Source of the DNA: a virus
Lineage: Duplodnaviria > Caudoviricetes
Length of the DNA: 64,000 nt
Direction: 5' to 3' (one strand)
IMG/VR virus record: IMGVR_UViG_3300025129_000005
The notes under the pieces are model-generated. The model was not told where the DNA came from. It ran no database searches and worked only from the letters and a program-made list of their open reading frames with translations. Made by a program: the position numbers and the translations under genes. Position 1 is the stretch's first letter; every line of letters begins with the position of its first letter. This document shows positions 54,360-64,000 of this stretch, piece after piece.

Positions 54360-54371
54360 ACCTTATATTTT

Positions 54372-57300
54372 TTGCGGAGACAGATCATGGCTGGAAATTA
54401 TGGATTAGATATCAAAAGATACCTCGAAAGTGAAAAGAAAAATATTAAAGCCAGAAGTGAAGCTTTGAGATTACAAGCCGAAGCCGAGGAAAATCTATCC
54501 GCCGAGAAACTTAAGATGAGAGAAAAGGGTCTCAAGGTGGCAAAGGAATACGAGAAAGCTGAGAGCGAAAGGGATGATCTTGCAATAAAAAAACTTAAGG
54601 ATGAGATAGAGAATTCTAAACGGATTATTGAAGGTATTGAGGAGAGTAAAAAACACCATGAAGAGATTATAAGACAAACTAGACTGGAATCTTTGAGATT
54701 AGAAAAAAGATCGGAGAAATATAAAGATCTAGGTGGTCAAATTTCAAACTTAGCCGGAACAATATCTAAATCCTTGGGGGCAGAAGAGGCATATAAACGA
54801 ACTCTTTCTGAAATGGTTATTGATGAAATACGCGAAAATAAGGAGATAGCTAAGGTCTATAAAACAGGATCAGCTGAGGATAAGGATGTTGTTTTTGATC
54901 AAATGTTCAATAAACTTAGGGAAGTATTAGAAAAAAATAACCCAGAAGACAAAGATTTGATAGAGAACGCAATAAAAGAACTTACCGATACTCATATGGA
55001 TGAACTTGTCAGTAAAAGTGAGAATATGTTTCATCCATTAATCAAACAGTTAAAATCAACTGCCGGTGCCGTTAGGAAACAAATGCAGAATATACCTTTA
55101 ATAGGAAGATTGATGTCAGATGAGATGACGGAGCATTGGAGGTCTGCTGGTAAAGATATATTGGGTGAGATGAACACACATCTTGGATCTATACTGAAAC
55201 CGATTGATGTTCTTGTTGGACCTTTTAGGTCTATAGGTAAAAGTCTTATGGTCGCATTTAAATCCTTGACAAGTGGACCGACAGAATATGAAAAGAGTGT
55301 TGTTGTGTATTTAAAGAAAATAGCGGGTGATGTATCAGAAGATAGATCGGTTGGTATTAAGGGATGGATGGAACAAAAGAAGCAATGGATTGGTGAGAAA
55401 AAACAATGGCTGTTTAGCAGAAAGCAGTGGGCTATAAGTCAAAGAGACAAAGCAAGGGAGTTATATGGAAGGAAGGATGAAGTGCTTGATGGTGTTAAAA
55501 AATTCTTTAAAAAGGGATTAATGTTTGTTATAGCGGCAGTTGGGCTTGCTGCGGGTGCCCTTGTTAAACAGATAATATACCCATTTGAGATTATGTTTAA
55601 ATCTCTTAGAGCTATAGCTAAATTTCCTTTAATCTCAAATTTTATAACACAAGCTAGTAAATTTATCAATAGTTTACCGGTAATGGGCAAGGTTCTAGCA
55701 AACATCGGCGGTGTTATTGGGAAAGTTATAGGTATATTTAGTAGGGTTGGCTCATCTATTGGTGGTTATATTAGAATAGGTTTAGATTTTTTGAAAAAGT
55801 CATCTCTGATTGCGGAATCTATGGGAAAATTTGTTAAAGGGTTTAAATTAGGGTTGGGTATTATAGGTAAAGCTTTGTTTTGGGTCACAGCTATATTTGA
55901 TTTTGTTAAAGGGTTCCTGAACACAGAAGGAACCATCCTTGATAAATTGTGGGGTGGTATTGAGGGTGTCATTATAGGCTTTGTGAAGGCACCCGTAGTG
56001 ATATTGAGTTGGTTGTTTGAAAAGGTTATGGGTTTCTTTGGCGTCGAAATTAAAGGTACCGCAGATAGTATTATGTCTGGTGTAAAAAATATCCTTGGTT
56101 TCGTTAAAGACTCTATAGGGTTCTTATTCAAACCTCTGATGCTTTGGTGGGGTTTTATAAAGGATATGATAGTGATACCTTTTACTGCCGTATTTAATAC
56201 CATAAAATCAGTGTTCACTGGTGTATGGGATGGTCTGGAGAAAATTTTTAGCGGTGACGTGGTAGAAGGTCTTTGGGAGATTATAAAATCAATCAATCCT
56301 ATATCTATATTAGGTGATTTTTTGTATAACATATTTGACTCTATTGTTGATGTTTTTTCTGGAATAGTAGATAAGGTAAAAGATTTTTCTGGTAAGATTG
56401 GAGATTTTATTTCTAATTTAATACCGGATTGGGCTAAAAATTTATTAGGTATGGGAAAAGAAAAAAAAGATAAAGCTTATGAAGCTATGTCAGATTCATT
56501 GAATATGTATGACGAGGTTTCAAATGCCGGTGCGGTTGGTGTAAACGAAAGAGGCATGTCTTTTGGTACGGCCATGAAAAATGGTTATATTGATATTGAT
56601 GAGTCACGTGAACTTGCATCACAGGACGGTAAATATAAGGTTCTTTCTAGGGAAGAGAAGAGTGAGTTAGAGAAATTATACAAGGCAGATTATGAGAGAA
56701 AAAGAGACGAGTATCTAGAGTTATCAAAACAACTCAAGTCGTCAGATGTTATGGGAGGTATTAAAGATTTCTTTGTTGGAATATGGAATGATATCTCAAA
56801 CTTCTTTGGTAAGGTTGGAGAGGTTTTTACTGACATTAAAAATGGTTTATTTGATGCAATATCTACAATATTTAACAGAGTTCCTGAGATTCTATCTGAT
56901 GTAAAAAATGGTATTTTTGGTGCGATATCATCGGTAGTTGATAGCTTTTCCGAAGTTTTTGTTGTAATGAGAGATGGTCTTTTTGATTCAATATCATCCA
57001 TAGTTGATAAGATTGGAGGTATTTTTTCTAAGATAAAAGATGGTCTTTTTGGTGCAGCGAGTAAGATAGTAGATAAAGTGGTTAACATTTTTGGTTTTGG
57101 TGGTGATGATGAGGGTGATGAGAAAGAAGTTTCTACTAAAATTAACCTCCCCGAAACAATTAAATCACCTGATATACCTGAAAGGAAGTGGCGTGGTGTA
57201 GAAGAAAAAGATCGCTTATATAACAATCAGACCAAAGATGAAGTTATTCCTAGAAGTAGATTGGACGGTGATAATAAAATTATAAACAAAGATCAGACTT

Positions 57301-57551
57301 CTATGGTAGATGTTGCTGCCGCTAAGATTAAATATGAAGATGATCGCAATAAAAAAACACAGGAAGAAATGGGAAGTGTTAATAAGGCGTTGAAGGAGAG
57401 TATCAATGTTATGAATAATAACACAGAAAAACAGATTTCTGTTATCAATAATAATAGTTCTACTAATAGTGTGGTAAATAAAAAACAGATACCTGATGGT
57501 GTTGAGAGTATAGCCGTTATGTTTGTTAATAAATCATGGGGGATGACATAA
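54372..57551 (+). CDS. Tape measure protein (true start probably ATG 54387)
   Basis: Over 1050 aa, helical; coiled-coil N-term, Gly/hydrophobic middle, 11/22-aa periodic repeats; follows tube and chaperone genes. Confidence 0.88.
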   Translation: MRRQIMAGNYGLDIKRYLESEKKNIKARSEALRLQAEAEENLSAEKLKMREKGLKVAKEYEKAESERDDLAIKKLKDEIENSKRIIEGIEESKKHHEEIIRQTRLESLRLEKRSEKYKDLGGQISNLAGTISKSLGAEEAYKRTLSEMVIDEIRENKEIAKVYKTGSAEDKDVVFDQMFNKLREVLEKNNPEDKDLIENAIKELTDTHMDELVSKSENMFHPLIKQLKSTAGAVRKQMQNIPLIGRLMSDEMTEHWRSAGKDILGEMNTHLGSILKPIDVLVGPFRSIGKSLMVAFKSLTSGPTEYEKSVVVYLKKIAGDVSEDRSVGIKGWMEQKKQWIGEKKQWLFSRKQWAISQRDKARELYGRKDEVLDGVKKFFKKGLMFVIAAVGLAAGALVKQIIYPFEIMFKSLRAIAKFPLISNFITQASKFINSLPVMGKVLANIGGVIGKVIGIFSRVGSSIGGYIRIGLDFLKKSSLIAESMGKFVKGFKLGLGIIGKALFWVTAIFDFVKGFLNTEGTILDKLWGGIEGVIIGFVKAPVVILSWLFEKVMGFFGVEIKGTADSIMSGVKNILGFVKDSIGFLFKPLMLWWGFIKDMIVIPFTAVFNTIKSVFTGVWDGLEKIFSGDVVEGLWEIIKSINPISILGDFLYNIFDSIVDVFSGIVDKVKDFSGKIGDFISNLIPDWAKNLLGMGKEKKDKAYEAMSDSLNMYDEVSNAGAVGVNERGMSFGTAMKNGYIDIDESRELASQDGKYKVLSREEKSELEKLYKADYERKRDEYLELSKQLKSSDVMGGIKDFFVGIWNDISNFFGKVGEVFTDIKNGLFDAISTIFNRVPEILSDVKNGIFGAISSVVDSFSEVFVVMRDGLFDSISSIVDKIGGIFSKIKDGLFGAASKIVDKVVNIFGFGGDDEGDEKEVSTKINLPETIKSPDIPERKWRGVEEKDRLYNNQTKDEVIPRSRLDGDNKIINKDQTSMVDVAAAKIKYEDDRNKKTQEEMGSVNKALKESINVMNNNTEKQISVINNNSSTNSVVNKKQIPDGVESIAVMFVNKSWGMT

Positions 57552-58282
57552 TGCCAGATTTTTTTCCAGATTTTTATGACGCTAAGTTCAAAGGATCCCC
57601 TGATACTTTATGGTTAAGAGTTAGACCTAAAGAATTTAGACCTAACATACAAAAACAGACCGGTGCTAATGAGGGATCTATCGTGGATGGTATTGATTAT
57701 AGGTTCCTATTATCAGGATCTGTTAATATAGGCATCGATCATACTTGGACTTCTCTTGATACAATTTCTGGTGAGATTCGAAACCTTAAAGCGAATGTGT
57801 CGAAAGCTGTAGCTCAAGCCGGTGCTGCCGGTGGTTCTTCGGCTGGTAATATTTTTAGTCAGGGTATCAGCAGTAAAAACGATAATCCTTTTATATACGA
57901 AGATACTCAGAGAAGAACTGTTAATATTGAATTGAAATTTGCCACATATAAAGATGCTTCGAAAGAGGTGTGGACTCCTATACAGAATCTTATGAGGTGG
58001 TCTTGTGCCGAATCTACCGAATCAGGGTCACTTGCCACTAATTTCAAATTTCCTTATGTATTCGAGCTTAGAACTGTAACAGGTTCGGGTGAACTGACAG
58101 GTATGATAAATATACCAAATGCTGCATTGACGCAAATACTACCTACATACGAGGCACCTTATAAGAATGGATACCCCATGAGCGCCACTGTATCGGTGAC
58201 ATTTTCGGAAATAGATCCTGTGTACAGAAGTTCCTTGGTTATCAGAAAAAGTAAAGTTAGCTCTAATGTTCAAGGTGGGTGA
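57536..58282 (+). CDS. Baseplate tail-tube cap gp48-like
   Basis: RRTV...LKF, F.FP..F.L, A.LT.I...Y, GYP....V.V.F.EI; follows the tape measure gene. Confidence 0.7.
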   Translation: MGDDIMPDFFPDFYDAKFKGSPDTLWLRVRPKEFRPNIQKQTGANEGSIVDGIDYRFLLSGSVNIGIDHTWTSLDTISGEIRNLKANVSKAVAQAGAAGGSSAGNIFSQGISSKNDNPFIYEDTQRRTVNIELKFATYKDASKEVWTPIQNLMRWSCAESTESGSLATNFKFPYVFELRTVTGSGELTGMINIPNAALTQILPTYEAPYKNGYPMSATVSVTFSEIDPVYRSSLVIRKSKVSSNVQGG

Positions 58283-58653
58283 TTATAATGACGATTAAAA
58301 GAGTTGAGAATGTTTTTAGGAATTTGCCTGTTAACTCAATGTTAAGGGCTTTTCCTGTTATGGAAGATGAAGATAAAGTGCAACTTCTTAATATTTTCAG
58401 ACCTTATACCATATCAGCGTTATCCAAAGAGAACCCCTATTTGTTTGAGTATTATCAGGTAGAAGAGAATGACTTTTTGGATACAATTGCATATAAGTTC
58501 TATGGTAACTCTGCTCTATGGTGGGTTGTGGCGGATTTTAATGACATAACTAATCCATATGAGGCTCTTGAGGCAGGAACTTTACTAAAACTTATGCGTA
58601 GTGATTATTTGTATATATTATATGACGATGTTCAACTTATCGGAGATTTATAA
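58279..58653 (+). CDS. gp53: Baseplate wedge protein gp53 (LysM-like)
   Basis: YYQVEE.D.LD.IAYKFYG..LWWVV..FNDI.NP. Confidence 0.85.
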   Translation: MIIMTIKRVENVFRNLPVNSMLRAFPVMEDEDKVQLLNIFRPYTISALSKENPYLFEYYQVEENDFLDTIAYKFYGNSALWWVVADFNDITNPYEALEAGTLLKLMRSDYLYILYDDVQLIGDL

Positions 58654-59978
58654 TGTCTAATTCTACCGGATGGGAGATTATTGACATTGAGATATATACT
58701 ACAGGTGTGTTTGAGAGTAAATGGACGTTAAGTTTTACTTCAATAGAACAAGCTTATATCATTGAGGATATGTTTTCGTTTAGTATGACTGGTAAGATAT
58801 CTTTTCATGACAGAATAGGTGTATCTGAGATAGGTCCATTGACAGGCGAAGAAAAAGTTAAAATAAAGTATGGTAACACAGACGGTGATGGTAAATATAA
58901 GGAGTATACTTTTCATATACTGGAAATACAAAGATTTGAGAGGAATATAACACTAAATCCCGCAGGTAATGATCTTATAACTCTGATATTGGTTGATGAA
59001 TATTACCATAAATGGCATTCACATTTTTGGAGTAAATCTTGGAAGGATACAAAGATAGGTGATATTATTAAAGATATATCAGAAAATCATCTTGGTATAA
59101 CAGTATTTAATGAGTTTGAATCAACGAAAGAGAAAATAGAGTATTTCGATACTCACCAAAGAACTCCCGCAGAATGTATCACATGGTTGATGAATAGGGC
59201 AAGTGGATCCATATCAGGCCAACCGGGATACCTGTATTGGATGTCTGGTGTAGCAGATTCTACGGAATTTAAACATTCATTTGTTACCATTGAGAAAATG
59301 CTGGCTAAGACTGGTTGGATGAAACCTTATGTTGAAACATCAGGTCTATATTCAGATGGGAATGGTATAGGGTCATATATATTTGATGGCAAAAATCCTG
59401 ATTTTATCAATAAAATTCGTGATCATGAGGTTAGGAATGTTGACTTAAGTTCACTTAAAACCCTTACTGGCGGTAAAGCTTTGGGGTATGATTCGAAGAG
59501 AAAAAAACTAATAAAACAAGAGTATACCTATCAAGACGCTCTGTCTAGATATACTTTGTTAGGAAAATTTTCATTATTTCCTTCGAGTCTTGAGATATCA
59601 AAACCTGTCATTATAATAGATGGATGTCATGACGAAAAGATTTTGGATAACATATGGTACGGTAATTGGATAAAAGAGTATTCTAATCAATTACTGGTAA
59701 GTATAACAGTGGACGGTCATGTTGATAGGCATGCAGGAGGAATGATTCGTATTATTTGGCCGAGTCATGCCGAAAAGGATTCGGTGTCTGGGTTGTGGAC
59801 ACCCAAAGAAGAGGAATTTAATAAACAGCTTGATGGTAGATATATGGTTAAAAGTATAACACATTATTTTGATAAAAATCAATCATATGGATGGCAACAG
59901 AAATTAGTGTGTATAAAGAATGGGTACAAAGACACTTTTAATAAAAACCTCATACCTGCGTCTAAGAAAAATTTGTAA
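58653..59978 (+). CDS. Baseplate hub protein (gp27/VgrG-like)
   Basis: I.EDMFS..MTG.I.F.D, G.E.V.I, I.DI...L, W...GG.I.I, G.Y.V..I.H; lies between gp53 and gp5. Confidence 0.75.
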   Translation: MSNSTGWEIIDIEIYTTGVFESKWTLSFTSIEQAYIIEDMFSFSMTGKISFHDRIGVSEIGPLTGEEKVKIKYGNTDGDGKYKEYTFHILEIQRFERNITLNPAGNDLITLILVDEYYHKWHSHFWSKSWKDTKIGDIIKDISENHLGITVFNEFESTKEKIEYFDTHQRTPAECITWLMNRASGSISGQPGYLYWMSGVADSTEFKHSFVTIEKMLAKTGWMKPYVETSGLYSDGNGIGSYIFDGKNPDFINKIRDHEVRNVDLSSLKTLTGGKALGYDSKRKKLIKQEYTYQDALSRYTLLGKFSLFPSSLEISKPVIIIDGCHDEKILDNIWYGNWIKEYSNQLLVSITVDGHVDRHAGGMIRIIWPSHAEKDSVSGLWTPKEEEFNKQLDGRYMVKSITHYFDKNQSYGWQQKLVCIKNGYKDTFNKNLIPASKKNL

Positions 59979-59987
59979 GGAGAGTCC

Positions 59988-61061
59988 ATGTCAAGAATCG
60001 ATTTAGCTCACATGCAACTAAAAACCAATAAATTTCACGGTATATATCGTGGGGTGGTGGAAGACAATGTTGACCCTGATATGATGGGGAGATGTCGTAT
60101 TAGGGTTTGGGGTCTACATGATGACGTTAAAGTTTCTACCCCAGAGGAGGGTATACCTACTGACCAATTACCTTGGGCCGAACCATGTCTTGGTCTTATA
60201 GAAGGGTCTGTGAGTGGGTTGGGATGTTTTTCCGTGCCATTACAAGGGTCACATGTTTTTATGTTCTTTGAGGGTGGTAATTGGGGATGTCCGAGGTTTT
60301 TCGCAACCGTACCAGGTAGACCTGTTGATGCCCCTGACACATCCAAAGGGTTTAATGATCCTGACGGGGTTTACCCAAAATCCGATAGACTTGATGAACC
60401 AGATTATCCTAGACTTTCTCGTGGAGATATTACTGATACAATAATCGAAACTCGGAACAACAATCTTGACACGGGCGTATCACTTGCCGGGGGTGGTAGT
60501 TGGGATGAACCACAATCAGCTTATGCGGCTGAATATCCTCAGAATATAGTCATTTCGACTCACGGTGGAATAACCATAGAGATTGATAATACTCTTGATG
60601 CCGAAAGGTTACATGTATATCACCCATCAAACACATATATAGAGATAGATGTTGATGGTAATGTTGTGTTTGGGAATGAGGGTGACAGGTTTGAAATTAC
60701 GAGACAGACACGGAATAAGCATATAATGGTGGATGATAACGAAACTATTGATGGGAATAAAACTTCAAAAGTTGGTAGTGACAGAACATCTCATATTATA
60801 AGTAATGATGATTTAACTGTTGGTAGTAACTGGTCTATAAACGTTGGTGGAAATATTAGCATTAGTGCCGGTGGTAATATAACAATGGACTCAGGTGGAA
60901 GTACGGAGATATCAGCGGGTAGTTCTTTAAGTGCTTCGGCTAGTAGCACTTTCAGTGCATCGGCTGGTAGCACCGCAACAGTATCAGCGTCTGGACCAGC
61001 GACATTAGAAGGTTCTGTTGGTGTTGTTAAAGGAACCGCAAAAACTTTTACGGTGGCATGA
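59988..61061 (+). CDS. gp5: Baseplate central spike gp5 (OB fold plus beta-helix; no lysozyme domain)
   Basis: YRGVVED..DP...GRCR.RV.G.H, LPWA, G..V..FF..G....P; TH.G..IEID.T...ER....HPS.TY.EI; beta-helix repeats. Confidence 0.9.
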   Translation: MSRIDLAHMQLKTNKFHGIYRGVVEDNVDPDMMGRCRIRVWGLHDDVKVSTPEEGIPTDQLPWAEPCLGLIEGSVSGLGCFSVPLQGSHVFMFFEGGNWGCPRFFATVPGRPVDAPDTSKGFNDPDGVYPKSDRLDEPDYPRLSRGDITDTIIETRNNNLDTGVSLAGGGSWDEPQSAYAAEYPQNIVISTHGGITIEIDNTLDAERLHVYHPSNTYIEIDVDGNVVFGNEGDRFEITRQTRNKHIMVDDNETIDGNKTSKVGSDRTSHIISNDDLTVGSNWSINVGGNISISAGGNITMDSGGSTEISAGSSLSASASSTFSASAGSTATVSASGPATLEGSVGVVKGTAKTFTVA

Positions 61062-61062
61062 T

Positions 61063-61371
61063 ATGGGATATGATATTTTACAGGTTGGTGATTCTGGTTC
61101 GGGTGTTTGTACGTCACATAAAAGCCCAAAATCCGTTGTAGGGACTATAACAACAGGGATAGATGGTGCTGATAAGGATGGTATTTTGTTGGCAAAGGAA
61201 GGATCGGTTGTTAATTTAACATGTGGTCATACAGGGACTTTGATTGCGTCAGAATCCTCTATGAATGTTAGCGGTGATATTTTAGCAAAATTAGGGGACT
61301 CATGGGGTCCAGGTTCTGGTGCTACGACAGGGACAATTACATCAACATTAGGTGGAATTTCTGGAGAATAG
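61063..61371 (+). CDS. PAAR-like spike tip protein (track start 61018)
   Basis: GD...G.C..H...G.I.TG...DG..LA..G.V...CGH.G.L......V.G..LA..GD. Confidence 0.75.
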   Translation: MGYDILQVGDSGSGVCTSHKSPKSVVGTITTGIDGADKDGILLAKEGSVVNLTCGHTGTLIASESSMNVSGDILAKLGDSWGPGSGATTGTITSTLGGISGE

Positions 61372-61410
61372 GTTTACATGCCTATGGTTTTTAAATAAAT
61401 AAGACAGAGG

Positions 61411-61809
61411 ATGTTTATGTCAAAGATAACATATTGGAAAGACTTTGATAACAACTTTACTAGAAAATCTGGTGGAGATGTTAATACTATGTCGAATATT
61501 GAAGCCATTTATAATTCGCTGACCAATATTTTTGAAACACTGAAAGGTGGTAGGCGCATGTTACCGGAGTTTGCTCTACCTTTACATAATATACTATTTG
61601 AGCCTATAGATGACATGACCTCACAGGAACTTGGTGAGATGATATTAGCCGCTGTTCATTTATGGGAAACTCGTATAGAGGTTGACAATGTTAATGTTAT
61701 AGGTAGACCTGATAGAAATTACTATGAAATAAATTTAGAATTTAGAATAGTTAATGACCCTAGTTCTGATACCACAGAGGTATTTACTAGCGTTCTAAGG
61801 ACAACATAA
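61411..61809 (+). CDS. gp25: Baseplate wedge protein gp25
   Basis: D.D.NF...GDV....EAI.NSL.NI..T.KG.R.M.PEF..L..LFEP, WE.RI.V. Confidence 0.92.
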   Translation: MFMSKITYWKDFDNNFTRKSGGDVNTMSNIEAIYNSLTNIFETLKGGRRMLPEFALPLHNILFEPIDDMTSQELGEMILAAVHLWETRIEVDNVNVIGRPDRNYYEINLEFRIVNDPSSDTTEVFTSVLRTT

Positions 61810-63833
61810 TGAGTGTAAAATTTACCCCGGATTATAGAGATATTGATTACAAGACAATGGTAGCAAGGCTTAAAACCTTGTTATCAAAATTGGATTCTTT
61901 TAAGGATTATAATTTTGAAGGTTCTAATATATCAATGCTTATAGAACTTGTCTCATATGTCGGTGATCTCAATACATATTTTACCAATAAATTGGCACAG
62001 AACTTACATCCAGAGACTGCAAATGTTTATGAAATAGTCCATTCTTTGGTCAAACAACAGGGTTACAATCCAGTGGGGTATGTTGCTTCTGAATTGACGG
62101 TTACGATCAGAGTTTACAGGGTTGCTCTTGATGAGTTTGAGGCTGTATATAATGCTAATGATCAAATATTCATACCACAGTGGTCAATCATTGACACTGG
62201 TATAAAGGATGATGTTAATGGTGATAATATTTATTACACTCTTACTGACTCATATAATTATACTGTAACGGATGATGATGTTACGAATGGTTATATTGAA
62301 TTTGATGTGGTTTTGAAACAAGGGGTTCCCGTAACATCACCTTTAACATACACGGGTTCTGATATAGTTGATAATCAGATTATCCTTCCGTTTAAGCAGT
62401 ATGATATGGGAACATATCCTTATGATTTTTATACACCATCTATTGAGGTTCGTGTAGGAACTGGTCAGGATAAATGGGTTCGTATCAATGACTTTTTTGA
62501 TGGTATTTCTGGTCTTTTGGGTGAAAATAATACCTATATGTTTTCATATGACAAATATAGACGATATGTTATAAATTTTTCTAATACGAGAAATATACCT
62601 GATGTGTCAGATTCTATTCTAGTTTATCCCATAGAAACGCTAGGTTCTCTTGGTGCTGTTACAGCAAACACATTTTCTGTTGATAGAGATTCAGTAGCTA
62701 CACATTATATACAAGATAGAGGGATTAGACCGGAAACAACTGATATATTGGGGATTGAAACCCCTTTTATGACGAATTTAAGGACATCAACGGTTATTCC
62801 TGTTGATAACTATGTAATATATAATGTATCTGGTTCTTCTGGTGGTTCGGATCCACAAACAATAGATGATCTTAAAATATCAGGATCCTCTGCAGCACAA
62901 AATCAACAAAGAAATTGTACGAGATATGATTATAAGGGTAATCTTGAATCTAGAGGGGATGTGATTGTTGCCAATGCTTGGGGTGAACAAGAGGCGAATC
63001 CCGGAGCATTATATCTTGAAAACTATAACAAGGCATATATATCAGTTATACCAGCAGAGTGGTCAAATGGTGTTGCTAATAATGTAACGTTGAAACAATT
63101 AAGTGGTAGTGATATTGATGCTTATTTTACTGGTGGTGTGAATGTAACATTAGATTTCCCCCTTTCATATAATCCAGTGTGGGTTAATGATATATTATCA
63201 TATATAGAGCCGAGAAAAATGATAGGTATATATGAGATATTTGTTACTCCCGAGGTGGTTAAATTTAGAATCGATTTTGGTCTTAAAATCAAAAGAACTT
63301 ACAACTGGATAGAAGTCAAAGAAACAGTTCTTCGTAAATTAGAATATTACTTTTCCCCTGACAATAGAGAGTTTGGTGAGGTTATAGATTTTAGAGAAAT
63401 AATCAATTATTTATTGGATCCTAGTGTAGCATCTAATACAGATGATTTTATGTTGGTTCGTGGTATAGATAGTTTGGTTATACGAGACATAATGATACAT
63501 CGTGATCCTGAGTTGGTTGAAAGACTTAATGTTCAGAATGTATGTAATTTTATGGGTGGCAATATGATTGGTCAGTGTAGCAATACAAATTTCAGTGATG
63601 AAGCATCATGTAATGCTGCCGGTGAAGCGTGGAGTCTTGTGTGTAGCTTGGTTCCAGACTCAATGTATATTTACCCGGAGAATGAATTGAGTTATTTTCC
63701 TCATTATATAGATCTTGGGTATACACATAGCACTAACGATGAAACTTATAATGATCTATTACCCATACAATTAGGGTATAAACAATTTCCGCAGCTTGTT
63801 AAAGACTTGTGCGTATTTGTAAACGAAGGATAA
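61809..63833 (+). CDS. gp6: Baseplate wedge protein gp6
   Basis: D.D(Y/F).....LK..L....F.DYNFEGSN.S.LI.L.SY; GG.DP..I..L.....Q.R..T..DY. Confidence 0.9.
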   Translation: MSVKFTPDYRDIDYKTMVARLKTLLSKLDSFKDYNFEGSNISMLIELVSYVGDLNTYFTNKLAQNLHPETANVYEIVHSLVKQQGYNPVGYVASELTVTIRVYRVALDEFEAVYNANDQIFIPQWSIIDTGIKDDVNGDNIYYTLTDSYNYTVTDDDVTNGYIEFDVVLKQGVPVTSPLTYTGSDIVDNQIILPFKQYDMGTYPYDFYTPSIEVRVGTGQDKWVRINDFFDGISGLLGENNTYMFSYDKYRRYVINFSNTRNIPDVSDSILVYPIETLGSLGAVTANTFSVDRDSVATHYIQDRGIRPETTDILGIETPFMTNLRTSTVIPVDNYVIYNVSGSSGGSDPQTIDDLKISGSSAAQNQQRNCTRYDYKGNLESRGDVIVANAWGEQEANPGALYLENYNKAYISVIPAEWSNGVANNVTLKQLSGSDIDAYFTGGVNVTLDFPLSYNPVWVNDILSYIEPRKMIGIYEIFVTPEVVKFRIDFGLKIKRTYNWIEVKETVLRKLEYYFSPDNREFGEVIDFREIINYLLDPSVASNTDDFMLVRGIDSLVIRDIMIHRDPELVERLNVQNVCNFMGGNMIGQCSNTNFSDEASCNAAGEAWSLVCSLVPDSMYIYPENELSYFPHYIDLGYTHSTNDETYNDLLPIQLGYKQFPQLVKDLCVFVNEG

Positions 63834-63837
63834 GATA

Positions 63838-64000
63838 ATGAATAATTTTTGTGATTCACCTTATTTTCTACTAAAAGATTTTGTACTGGAATTAACAAAG
63901 CCTTCAATTACTACAACAAACATTCCGTTGTATGTAAATCTCATACCTGAGATTAGGTTTAATGATATAATTTATGTCGGAAATGTTGATTATTATAATA
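63838..64000 (+). CDS. Start of the next baseplate gene (partial)
   Basis: ATG at 63838 open to the window end: MNNFCDSPYFLLKDFVLEL... Confidence 0.6.
   Translation, partial: MNNFCDSPYFLLKDFVLELTKPSITTTNIPLYVNLIPEIRFNDIIYVGNVDYYN

Noticed and set aside
1-64000. Alternative genetic code, tRNAs, introns or inteins
   Set aside because: Core genes are full-length under the standard code with all three stops used; no cloverleaf, intein motif or split core gene was seen

Overview
AT-rich dsDNA phage sequence: part of a large T4-superfamily myovirus genome, outside the enterobacterial T-even group. About 16.2-64 kb is a near-complete, rearranged + strand morphogenesis block. It contains gp4, gp2, a fibre cluster with a 2190-aa fibre, portal gp20, gp67, gp21, gp22, gp23, terminase gp16/gp17 split by a PIN-PhoH gene, neck gp13/14/15, gp3, sheath gp18, tube gp19, gp26/gp51, tape measure, gp48, gp53, hub, gp5, PAAR, gp25 and gp6. 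About 1-16.1 kb is mostly minus strand: three tandem paralogous fibre/spike-like genes, a NADAR gene, small genes with sigma70-type promoters, lipoproteins and several enzymes. T4 late-promoter boxes (TATAAATA/CATAAATA) precede many genes. Best leads: (1) unrelated proteins, including a zeta-like kinase, an NDT-like N-glycosidase and a HAD phosphatase, share an N-terminal M[KR]FxxY[LI][NT]E tag resembling the T4 capsid-targeting/gp21-cleavage signal; (2) an actin-like ATPase, a holin-like protein and a Cys-rich output-less PAS-GAF sensor sit together in the late operon; (3) a probable -1 frameshift joins gp26 to gp51; (4) gp17 probably uses a non-AUG start; (5) several genes look leaderless; (6) a 52-bp bipartite element occurs twice, 33 kb apart. 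All family assignments come from motif and synteny recognition by eye; no database search was run. No tRNA, rRNA, CRISPR array, integrase, intron or intein was seen.
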